Assembly: GCA_044345055.1 (NCBI GenBank)
Contig: JBIJBT010000063.1
Location: 1-16,443 of the forward strand
Length of the DNA: 16,443 nt
Reading direction: 5' to 3'
DNA from: Bdellovibrionota bacterium
GTDB lineage: Bacteria; Bdellovibrionota_C; UBA2361; OMIW01
The translations under genes were made by a program, and so were the position numbers. Under the pieces are notes generated by a model, which made no database searches, was not told the origin of the DNA, and saw only the letters and a program-made list of their open reading frames with translations. This document shows, piece by piece, positions 7,615 through 15,683 of the stretch (the first letter of the stretch is position 1; each line of letters opens with the position of its first letter).

Positions 7615-8907
7615 TCAATGGGTAAATTGTCTTTCCTCATTAGTGAATATCCGAACCGCGGATGGCCCGAGTTTTATGGATGTGTATTTTTTAGAAGCTG
7701 TTTCTGAATTTTTTTGTGTCAGACTCAGAGAGCCCTCGCTATTTGGTGAAAGTTCACTCCACGTTTGAGAGGGAGATAATTCAGCGAGAGAAATATCAGC
7801 CGATTTTGAGCGATCCGTATTAAGAAAAATAAGTAGTCGGGAGCCGCGACGAGTCCACTCAGTCGCATGAACGGAAGTATTGCCCGATAACGAGAGATGG
7901 TGCCTCTGGCTATCACGAATCCAAGGGAGCAGGGAAGCTATCTCATGAGAGAGAGTTGCAACGGCTCGGAGTAGCTGGGGGTCACTATCGGGCAAGTATG
8001 TGGGATAATGTGACCCTTCAACATAAAAACCGTACCCCATTATCCCATCAAAGCCGTGCATTATAGCGGAATATGCCCAGTTTCTAACCTCGCCGATGCC
8101 TGGTTTTGGACCAGAGGAAAATGAGAAGAGCTGAAGAATTGCAAAAAGTGCTTGATCGCCCCCGGAAAAAGCATCTTCGACGGCGCGAAAATTTCGAACT
8201 GTCTGCTCAAGAGCTAGCGATTCGGGGATTCCGGTGTCTTCGCCAAGTGTGTAACTTGTAAATCCGAGAATATCTGCAGCGCCCCTATAGTCTCCCATCG
8301 AGCGAATTGTACCACCGTGCTCAGCATCAAGCGCAACTCCTGATGCGTAGGTTAGAGTATTTGGTACAAGCTGTTTCATGAGCTTGCTCCTTGCACGAAG
8401 GGCCTCTGGTTCAAGTGGAAGCCCACGTTTTGGATCTCGCCAATTAATATCATCACCGATGTTCCAGGCACCGATATCCGATGCATTGATTGTTGCCTGC
8501 GCAGTAATAGCTCCTTTTTGTGCCGGCCCATCTTTCCACCATCCTTGCTCCAGCTCTCCGATAACAACGATACCAAAGCTTTCTGCTCTCCTCAGTTGCT
8601 CGGTGGTTAGTGGCGAGGTTTCTATGTTATACTGCATTAAGGGGAATTTTAGTGCGCCAATTATTCCAATATCGGTTAAAAGCGAATCTCCCATTCGCGG
8701 CCTGCCGAGGGAATCTTCGATCCATGAGACGTGATAAAGTCCAAACGGTATAGTTGGATTTCCGCGAATCGAGATCTCCCCATCTTTTCCAATAGAGAGC
8801 GGAGGTGATGCCGAACAAAACGAACAGATGAGGCTCAAAGCTATAATTGGTACAACCAAGTTGCGAATTATTTTGCTTATCCTGGGCCATTTGGAGGTTA
8901 TGTTCAT
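7615..8907 (-). CDS. Secreted glycoside-hydrolase-like protein (putative TIM barrel plus C-terminal beta-sandwich)
   Basis: AAGGAG RBS (8915-8920); signal peptide; IRGNPTIPFGLY (like vnGkPffp.G.Y), IGAWNIGDD (like aW.l.DEP), ADILGFTSY, FAILQLF, AYSAIMHGFDGIMGY. The CDS is secure; the function is inferred. Confidence 0.6.
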   Translation of the reverse strand: MNITSKWPRISKIIRNLVVPIIALSLICSFCSASPPLSIGKDGEISIRGNPTIPFGLYHVSWIEDSLGRPRMGDSLLTDIGIIGALKFPLMQYNIETSPLTTEQLRRAESFGIVVIGELEQGWWKDGPAQKGAITAQATINASDIGAWNIGDDINWRDPKRGLPLEPEALRARSKLMKQLVPNTLTYASGVALDAEHGGTIRSMGDYRGAADILGFTSYTLGEDTGIPESLALEQTVRNFRAVEDAFSGGDQALFAILQLFSFSSGPKPGIGEVRNWAYSAIMHGFDGIMGYGFYVEGSHYPTYLPDSDPQLLRAVATLSHEIASLLPWIRDSQRHHLSLSGNTSVHATEWTRRGSRLLIFLNTDRSKSADISLAELSPSQTWSELSPNSEGSLSLTQKNSETASKKYTSIKLGPSAVRIFTNEERQFTH

Positions 8908-9036
8908 GATACGGCTCCTTACCCTGATTTGATTCGTGAGTTAAGTTTTATCACCACAGACATTCTCATTGAAATTTTAGCTTTTCGATACTCGTTGACC
9001 GAGGAGGAGTGCATCTGCAATGATCAACTGCCTTAA

Positions 9037-9065
9037 TTGGCGTTTTACCATTGGTCGGTTACTCT
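9037..9065 (+). promoter_or_regulatory. Possible sigma70-type promoter for waaA-lpxK
   Basis: TTGGCG-17 bp-TACTCT, ending about 20 bp upstream of the waaA ATG in a divergent intergenic region; partial consensus match only. Confidence 0.3.
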
Positions 9066-9085
9066 AAATTTTTAGCAAAACATAG

Positions 9086-10360
9086 ATGCTCTTTGATAAA
9101 CTCATTCCTACGCTTTACGGTGCTATAGTGACGGCGTTGGCACCGATCGCCCTTGCATCACTTGCGTTAAAGCCGCGGGGGAGAGCAAATTTGCACCACC
9201 GGCTCGGCTTGTTGGGTTTAGAGAGCGGGCGCAAATATGTCTGGTTTCATGGTGCTTCAGCTGGGGAGTTGAGGGGATTAATTCCTGTGCTCAGAGGATG
9301 GCGTGATCGCTTTCCTGATGATTCGCTCCTAGTGACTGCGACAACAGTAACCGGACTTGAGGCAATTCAGGGATTGGCGGATGAATATCGCATTCTTCCA
9401 TTTGATGCTCCAATTTTTATAAGGGCAGCCCTCGATTCGGTTAATATTAAGCTTTTTATCGCTACTGAAACTGAGCTGTGGCCTGCGCTGATGAGCTACC
9501 TCAAGAAACGTCGAGTACCAAGGTGTCTTATCAATGCGCGTATATCTCAGCGATCATTTCCTAAGTATTTGAGAGTAAAGAAAGTGATTGCACCCGCTCT
9601 CCACAGTTTTAACTGGATAGCGGCCGGAGATGAAGAATCGCTCGAAAGAATTCGAATTCTCACGGGTGATGCGATGAAGGGCGAGCTTCTCGGTAACACA
9701 AAATTCGATGTGGAGCGTGGTGCTATTACACAGGGCTCAGACCCATTCTGGGAGGGCTATCATCGAGATACGAGGGCGACTATAGTTCTTGGGTGTGTGA
9801 GACCTGGGGAAGAAGCATGGTGGTTTAATGCTTTCAAGAAAATTACAGAGCAGTCGCAAAATTTCCGAATTGTTGTAGCTCCTCGACACCGAGAAAAATT
9901 TGATTATTTCGCCGAAAAAATTGCTGAATTTAAATTACCATTTATTCGTCGCTCGCGCGATCTCTATGACCCAGAAGTGCCGGTTGTTCTGCTCGATCAA
10001 TTTGGCGAGCTTCCCTCGGTATATCACGGAGCAACACTTTCCTTTATAGGAGCAACGCTTGTTCCGTTGGGAGGACATAATCCTCTTGAGCCGGCTGCCT
10101 GGGGAAGTTTTGTTGTAGTTGGTCCTTCTTGTGATACGTATGAGCTGATTGTGAAATCACTAGTTGCAGCGGGTGCGGGTGCAATAGTTTCCAATGAGCA
10201 GGAGATTGAGCAGTTGGTAATTAGTGCAGTGATTGATCCAGAGGGAATGCAAGAGAGAGGGAGGGCAGGGATACGAGTTTGGGAGTCACAGCAGGGTGCA
10301 ACCGATCGGATACTCTCGAGGCTATCCATGTTCCGAGGCAAGGAGGCTGAGAGTCCATGA
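9086..10360 (+). CDS. waaA: 3-deoxy-D-manno-octulosonic acid (Kdo) transferase
   Basis: WFHGASAGE, LPFD, ETELWP, NARISQRS, GNTKFD, VAPRH, LLDQFGEL, GGHNPLEPA motifs; ATGA overlap with lpxK. Confidence 0.96.
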   Translation: MLFDKLIPTLYGAIVTALAPIALASLALKPRGRANLHHRLGLLGLESGRKYVWFHGASAGELRGLIPVLRGWRDRFPDDSLLVTATTVTGLEAIQGLADEYRILPFDAPIFIRAALDSVNIKLFIATETELWPALMSYLKKRRVPRCLINARISQRSFPKYLRVKKVIAPALHSFNWIAAGDEESLERIRILTGDAMKGELLGNTKFDVERGAITQGSDPFWEGYHRDTRATIVLGCVRPGEEAWWFNAFKKITEQSQNFRIVVAPRHREKFDYFAEKIAEFKLPFIRRSRDLYDPEVPVVLLDQFGELPSVYHGATLSFIGATLVPLGGHNPLEPAAWGSFVVVGPSCDTYELIVKSLVAAGAGAIVSNEQEIEQLVISAVIDPEGMQERGRAGIRVWESQQGATDRILSRLSMFRGKEAESP

Positions 10361-11427
10361 GTTTTTTCTTCGGGCATCTCAAGAGTATAGTTAGTGAGCA
10401 ACAATCCGTTCGGTCGCTCGGCCGATTATTCTCCCGAATCTATGGTTTTCTCACAAATTTTCGAAATTTTTTATATGACAATTCGCTCCTTCCCGTATAT
10501 CAACCCCACATTCCGGTTATCTGTGTCGGCAACTTGACTGCGGGTGGTACTGGAAAGACTCCCCTTGTGCTCGCTCTTGTTGCTTCACTTATCGAAAGAG
10601 GTGAAAGACCAGTCATTGTCTCGCGGGGCTATGGTGGACGTTTGAGGGGTCCTCATAGGGTCGCAATCGACGATCGTCACGAAGATGTTGGGGACGAACC
10701 TCTATTAATGGCTCGTCGCTCTCAGTGTGATGTTGTGATAGCTCGGGATCGGGTGGCGGGAGCTCGCTTTGTTGAGGATGCGGGAATGGGAACCGTTATA
10801 GTGCTCGATGATGGGTTTCAACATCGACGTCTTGGACGAACCTGCAATATTGTTTCCTTTTTTGTGGGCAGTGAGCAGGCGGTAGCGGAGATTGAATCTG
10901 GCGAGCTTCTCCCTAAAGGCAGATTTCGCGAAGACAGAGACCGGGGTCTGCGGAGGGCTGATTTTGTGGCGTTCTGTGAAAGGGGAGGTGGCTTATCTGA
11001 TGGAATGCGGAACAGAGTACAGGCGTGCATTCCACCACACCTACCGCTCTTTGAGATTGCGGCGATAGCATCGGCCCCAACTCGGAATCGCACGGTTCTT
11101 GAGCAGGGACCGGTGTGGCTCTTTTGTGCGATCGCTAATCCTGAAGGATTTCTAAATTCAGTTCAGCGTCAAGGATACGCCATTACTGGTACGACCTGGT
11201 TTCCAGATCATCATCAATGGTCCGTGAGCGAGCTCGTCGAGTTAAAAAAACGGGCGTGCTCAGTTCCACTTGTTTGCACCGAAAAAGATTGGATTAAATT
11301 ACCTGAGACGTTGCGCAATGAGGTATGGATTGTTTATCTGAATGTGGAACTTCCCGAGACTTTAATTGAGGGAATTTTAGAGAAATGCAACTTGGGGGTT
11401 GGTTCGTCAAAGAAATCTGTCGAGTGA
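10357..11427 (+). CDS. lpxK: Tetraacyldisaccharide (lipid A) 4'-kinase
   Basis: PVICVGNLTAGGTGKTP, SRGYGG, GDEPLL, LDDGFQH, LLPKGRFRE, FPDHH and TEKDWIK motifs. Confidence 0.97.
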   Translation: MSFFFGHLKSIVSEQQSVRSLGRLFSRIYGFLTNFRNFLYDNSLLPVYQPHIPVICVGNLTAGGTGKTPLVLALVASLIERGERPVIVSRGYGGRLRGPHRVAIDDRHEDVGDEPLLMARRSQCDVVIARDRVAGARFVEDAGMGTVIVLDDGFQHRRLGRTCNIVSFFVGSEQAVAEIESGELLPKGRFREDRDRGLRRADFVAFCERGGGLSDGMRNRVQACIPPHLPLFEIAAIASAPTRNRTVLEQGPVWLFCAIANPEGFLNSVQRQGYAITGTTWFPDHHQWSVSELVELKKRACSVPLVCTEKDWIKLPETLRNEVWIVYLNVELPETLIEGILEKCNLGVGSSKKSVE

Positions 11428-11438
11428 GAGCAGTGAGG

Positions 11439-11530
11439 CTAGTTTTCAATCACTAGTTTTCAATCACTAGTTTTCATCGCTAACTTGCATCTCGTACCAC
11501 CGATATGTACCCTCAGAGAGTTTTCAATCA
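11439..11530. repeat. Intergenic 14-bp tandem repeat CTAGTTTTCAATCA (about 2.7 copies) plus a detached fourth copy
   Basis: Copies at 11439-11452, 11453-11466, partial 11467-11476; AGTTTTCAATCA recurs at 11519-11530. Confidence 0.9.
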
Positions 11531-11575
11531 TTCCCTCACTCTCTCGTATCTTCGAACTTTATCGCATATCTCGTC

Positions 11576-12265
11576 ATGAAACTATCTATAGTTATTCCGT
11601 GCTTCAATGAAATGACCACGATCCGATCGATAATCGATGCGGTGAAGGCGTCTCCGGTTGCGGATAAGGAAATTATTATCGTCGATGATTTCTCATCTGA
11701 TGGAACTCGAGAGTTGCTGAAAAGCGAGCTTGAGCTGTTGGTAGATCGGGTTGTTTATCATCCCTTCAACCAGGGAAAGGGAGCGGCGTTGCGAACGGGG
11801 TTTGCTCACGCAACGGGGGATATCGTCGTTGTACAGGATGCCGATCTCGAATACGACCCGCAGGAGTACCCAATATTGATGGACCCGATTGTGCGAGATC
11901 GAGCCGATGTAGTGTACGGTTCGCGCTTTATGGGTGGAGCGCCCCATAGAGTGGTGTATTTTTGGCATATGGTAGGAAACAGGTTTCTTACCTTACTCTC
12001 AAACATGTTCACGAACATTAATCTCACCGATATGGAAACTTGTTACAAGATGTTTCGGCGAACTGTTCTAGAAAAGATAACGATTGAAGAGGATCGATTT
12101 GGGTTCGAGCCCGAAATTACGGCAAAAGTTTCACGGCTCTCAGTGCGAATTTTTGAGGTTGGTATCTCTTATTACGGAAGAACTTACGCTGAAGGTAAAA
12201 AAATTGGATGGCGCGATGGTTTCCGGGCGATATACGCTATTGTTAAGTATAACCTTCGTCCGTAA
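11576..12265 (+). CDS. Glycosyltransferase family 2, polyprenol-phosphate glycosyltransferase (DPM1/Ppm1-like, soluble)
   Basis: [74 protein letters not shown]; no C-terminal TM helices. Confidence 0.93.
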   Translation: MKLSIVIPCFNEMTTIRSIIDAVKASPVADKEIIIVDDFSSDGTRELLKSELELLVDRVVYHPFNQGKGAALRTGFAHATGDIVVVQDADLEYDPQEYPILMDPIVRDRADVVYGSRFMGGAPHRVVYFWHMVGNRFLTLLSNMFTNINLTDMETCYKMFRRTVLEKITIEEDRFGFEPEITAKVSRLSVRIFEVGISYYGRTYAEGKKIGWRDGFRAIYAIVKYNLRP

Positions 12266-12302
12266 AAGATTTTTTTTTTGAGCCCCTTAAACTCACGGTG
12301 CA

Positions 12303-13613
12303 ATGGATTGCTTTACTTCGTGGGGCAGGTACCCCTCGCATTCGCGATTTTCGATCGTTGAACCAGATCCTGAGAGGCGAGAGATTGTATGGCCTCCGAG
12401 CGGCACCCTCTTGCCAGTAGGTCTCGGGCGAAGCTACGGCGATCTTTGCCTAAACTCGACGCAGGCGATAGCGCCTATGAGGGGATTTCGGCACTTTTTA
12501 TCGTTTGATGAGGCTTCCCGAGTAGTGCGGTGCGAGGCGGGAGTTTCTTTAAAGGAAATTCTTGAAGTTTTTGTTCCGCGCGGATTTTTTCTTCCCGTGA
12601 CACCAGGGACAAAATACGTCACGGTCGGTGGGGCGATCGCAAACGATGTGCACGGCAAAAATCATCACCGGGCCGGAACTTTTGGCCGATTTGTTCGACG
12701 TTTTTCACTTGCTCGTTCGGATGGAACTATTCTTGAGTGCAGCCCCGATAAAAACCGAGAACTTTTTAGAGCGACGATTGGGGGGCTTGGATTAACTGGG
12801 ATCATTCTGTGGGCCGATATCGAGCTAGTTCCAATCGTAGGGCCATGGATGGTGGTCGATTCTATTCCGTTTTCCAATTACGAAGAGTTTTTTGCTCTGT
12901 CGCGAGAGAGCGAAGAACGATTTGATTTTGTTGTTGCGTGGGTTGATTGTCTTGCCCGTGGTTCGCGATTGGGGCGGGGCGTATTGTTTCGGGGCAATCA
13001 TTCCAAAGATGCTGATCCACCCGATCGACGATCTCTCGATATCAAGTTCTCTGTTCCGTTTACCGCTCCATACTGGCTTTTAGCTCCCTGGTCAATTCGA
13101 ATATTTAATTTGGTTTACGGAGCGGTCGAGGGAAGATTGCGGAAGGGACAAAAAAAACACTTTAATCCATTTTTTTATCCACTCGATGCTATCGGGGGAT
13201 GGAATAGGCTTTATGGTCCTCGCGGTTTTCTTCAGTTCCAGTGTGTTGCGTCTCGCGATGCGGTTGGTGAGGTGCTCGATGTATTATCGCGAAATTCGGC
13301 GGGCTCGTTTCTCGCTGTGTTAAAGGAGTTTGGTCCGATTAAATCGCCTGGGTTATTGTCATTCCCCCAAGAGGGAGTGACTCTCGCTCTCGATCTTCCG
13401 ATAAGTGGACCCGGATTATTTTCGCTGATGCGTCAACTTGAAGAAATTGTTATCTCTTCGGGTGGCCGATTGTATCCAGCAAAGGATGCGGTAATGAAAC
13501 CAGCATCCTTTGAGCGGTGTTACCCAAAGTGGAAAGAGCTAGAGCAGCTGCGAGATCCGGCGATCTCTTCGTCTTTTTGGCGGCGTGTAACAGAGGGGCT
13601 AGCGGATAGCTAG
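12303..13613 (+). CDS. dprE1: FAD-linked oxidase, DprE1 (decaprenylphosphoryl-beta-D-ribose 2'-oxidase) family
   Basis: GLGRSYGD, PVTPGTKYVTVGGAIANDVHGKNHH, ATIGGLGLTGII, FFYPLD, WNRLYGPRGFLQFQ, FLAVLKEFG, LSFP, GGRLYPAKD, SSFWRR, all characteristic of DprE1-like enzymes. Confidence 0.88.
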   Translation: MDCFTSWGRYPSHSRFSIVEPDPERREIVWPPSGTLLPVGLGRSYGDLCLNSTQAIAPMRGFRHFLSFDEASRVVRCEAGVSLKEILEVFVPRGFFLPVTPGTKYVTVGGAIANDVHGKNHHRAGTFGRFVRRFSLARSDGTILECSPDKNRELFRATIGGLGLTGIILWADIELVPIVGPWMVVDSIPFSNYEEFFALSRESEERFDFVVAWVDCLARGSRLGRGVLFRGNHSKDADPPDRRSLDIKFSVPFTAPYWLLAPWSIRIFNLVYGAVEGRLRKGQKKHFNPFFYPLDAIGGWNRLYGPRGFLQFQCVASRDAVGEVLDVLSRNSAGSFLAVLKEFGPIKSPGLLSFPQEGVTLALDLPISGPGLFSLMRQLEEIVISSGGRLYPAKDAVMKPASFERCYPKWKELEQLRDPAISSSFWRRVTEGLADS

Positions 13614-13682
13614 TGGTCGTTTAGAGCGCAATACTTAAAGCTGTTGCGGTTATTTTTTTAAGTGTGTCGTTGTGGAGATGGT

Positions 13683-14432
13683 ATGAGTAGTGAAGCAAAG
13701 GTTGAAATAATTGAACCACGTAATTTTGGTGGGGATGTTGCAGATGAGCTGGTATCGCTTATTGGGGAGGCGGTTTCTGAGAGGGGGATCTGTCGAATAG
13801 CACTCTCCGGAGGAACAACACCGGGAGCAGTATATAGAGCGCTCGGTCATCCTCCTCGGGTCAACGAGGTGCCTTGGGAAAAGGTCGTTCTTTTTTGGGG
13901 TGATGAGAGATACGTTCCTCACTCTGATAAACAATCAAATATGAACATGGTGCAGGAAACGATGCTGGCGGGGCTAACTCACGGCCCCAGAGTGCATCCA
14001 ATTCCAACCGATCTCTCAGATCCAGAAGAAGCAGCCCGTAAGTACGATGCCCTTCTGCGAGCTGAATTTTCAGGCGCCCTGCCTCATTTTGATCTAGTGC
14101 TTCTTGGATTGGGAGATGATGGTCATACAGCGTCTCTTTTTCCTCATTCACCGCTTCTGCAAGAGGATGGAGAGCGGTTGGTAGCAGTTGCGGTGAGTCC
14201 CAAAGATGGCGTTACCCGAATCTCTTTGATGCCGCGCGCACTTCGAGCAGGACGGCGGATTTTGTTTTTGGTGAGTGGTCAGGCGAAAGCTGATATGGCA
14301 CATCGGATATTAAATGGAATCGGCAGCATAGATGAGTTTCCGGCACTCTTGTTCCGGGATCTGGGCGATACGGTCACCTGGTATTTAGACAGTGGCGCAG
14401 CGCGCAAAATTCAGGAATTAGGTATTCGATGA
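13683..14432 (+). CDS. pgl: 6-phosphogluconolactonase (DevB/Pgl type)
   Basis: IALSGGTTP, FWGDERYVP, SN, FDLVLLGLGDDGHTASLFP, RISL, FLVSGQAKA. ATG 13683 has GGAG at 13674-13677, so it is preferred over GTG 13662. Confidence 0.95.
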   Translation: MSSEAKVEIIEPRNFGGDVADELVSLIGEAVSERGICRIALSGGTTPGAVYRALGHPPRVNEVPWEKVVLFWGDERYVPHSDKQSNMNMVQETMLAGLTHGPRVHPIPTDLSDPEEAARKYDALLRAEFSGALPHFDLVLLGLGDDGHTASLFPHSPLLQEDGERLVAVAVSPKDGVTRISLMPRALRAGRRILFLVSGQAKADMAHRILNGIGSIDEFPALLFRDLGDTVTWYLDSGAARKIQELGIR

Positions 14433-14441
14433 TAATCGAGA

Positions 14442-14459
14442 AAGCCCCCGCGAGGGCTT
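14442..14459. other. Small intergenic hairpin (possible terminator or mRNA-stabilising stem)
   Basis: AAGCCC-CCGCGA-GGGCTT just after the pgl stop; no clear U-tract. Confidence 0.3.
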
Positions 14460-14480
14460 GGCCTTGTTTGGAATGAATCG

Positions 14481-15656
14481 ATGATATCGTGGCGAGTAAA
14501 TGACTCAGTTGAGGCGATTCGGGGTGAGCTAAAGGAGTGGCTGCACCAAAATCCTCCTCCGAGCGTGGGGCGCGATAGTAGCCTTGATTCGTTTATCAAC
14601 GTTGGGCGAGCGTGGCAGCGAACCTTAGCGCAGGGTCGCTGGCTCGCCGTTCATTGGCCCCGTGAGCAGGGAGGGCGGGGTCTCACACTCGTTGAGGAGG
14701 CTATAGTTCAGGAAGAGCTCGGGCGGGCCGGTGCGCCGCAGATTTTAGGATTATTCGGTATCACGATGATGGGACCTGTGTTGATTGCACACGGTACGGA
14801 TGCACAAAGGCAGCGATTTTTGGGGCCGATCCTCTCGGGCGAAGAGATATGGTGTCAAGGTTTTTCAGAGCCTGGCGCGGGGAGCGATCTAACTGCGCTC
14901 TCTCTTCGGTGTGAACCGATCGTGGATCCAGTCAGGGGCGATGGGTTTTTGTTGTATGGTTCAAAGGTGTGGACCAGCTTTGCTCATATTGCGGATTGGT
15001 GTTTTTTACTAGGTCGAACGAGTCGCGGGGCCCGCCCTCACGAGGGTATGTCGTATCTTTTGGTCGACATGAAGAGCGCGGGAATCACCATTCGTCCCTT
15101 GCGGCAGATATCTGGCGAAGAGGAGTTTAACGAGGTTTTTTTTGATGGAGTTTTTGTTCCGCGAGATAACCTTGTGGGGGAAGTAGGGAAGGGGTGGGCG
15201 ATCGCGCTGACAACGCTCCTCTATGAACGGGTCGTACTCACATTCGCCCGTCATGTTCAATCAGAGCGAGTTTTAAAGGAATTACTATCTTCACAATGGA
15301 ACGCAAGAATGTCCGAAAGAGATCGGGCCGAGCTGGTTGAGCATTGTACGACTTTTAATGCGATTAGAGCCCTTGCTTACAGCCACGTAGCGTCTTACGC
15401 CGCGGGTGCAGAACCTGGGGCTGAAGGCTCAATTGATAAGCTTTTGTGGAGCGAATCATTTCAACGGCTCGCCGCGTTTCGACTCCGCCTAGAGGGCGCC
15501 CAAGGAGCCAGAGCAGAGGATAGCTCTTCTGAAACGTTGCGTTATCTATATTCAAGAGGCCGCACAATAGCCGCAGGAACCTCAGAGATACAGCGCTCAA
15601 CAATTGCAGAGCGAATCATGGGACTGCCGCGGTTGATTGTGGCGGAGAAAAAATAG
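14481..15656 (+). CDS. Acyl-CoA dehydrogenase (FadE-like)
   Basis: WPREQGGRG, WCQGFSEPGAGSDL, GSKVWTSFAH, FNEVFFDGVFVP, VGEVGKGW, TTLLYER, TIAAGTSEIQRSTIAERIMGLP. Confidence 0.95.
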   Translation: MISWRVNDSVEAIRGELKEWLHQNPPPSVGRDSSLDSFINVGRAWQRTLAQGRWLAVHWPREQGGRGLTLVEEAIVQEELGRAGAPQILGLFGITMMGPVLIAHGTDAQRQRFLGPILSGEEIWCQGFSEPGAGSDLTALSLRCEPIVDPVRGDGFLLYGSKVWTSFAHIADWCFLLGRTSRGARPHEGMSYLLVDMKSAGITIRPLRQISGEEEFNEVFFDGVFVPRDNLVGEVGKGWAIALTTLLYERVVLTFARHVQSERVLKELLSSQWNARMSERDRAELVEHCTTFNAIRALAYSHVASYAAGAEPGAEGSIDKLLWSESFQRLAAFRLRLEGAQGARAEDSSSETLRYLYSRGRTIAAGTSEIQRSTIAERIMGLPRLIVAEKK

Positions 15657-15683
15657 GTTTCTGATATTGGAGGGAGTTAGCTT

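Noticed and set aside
11439..11530. Possible CRISPR array
   Set aside because: Units are 14 bp, mostly abutting with no unique spacers, and no cas genes are present.
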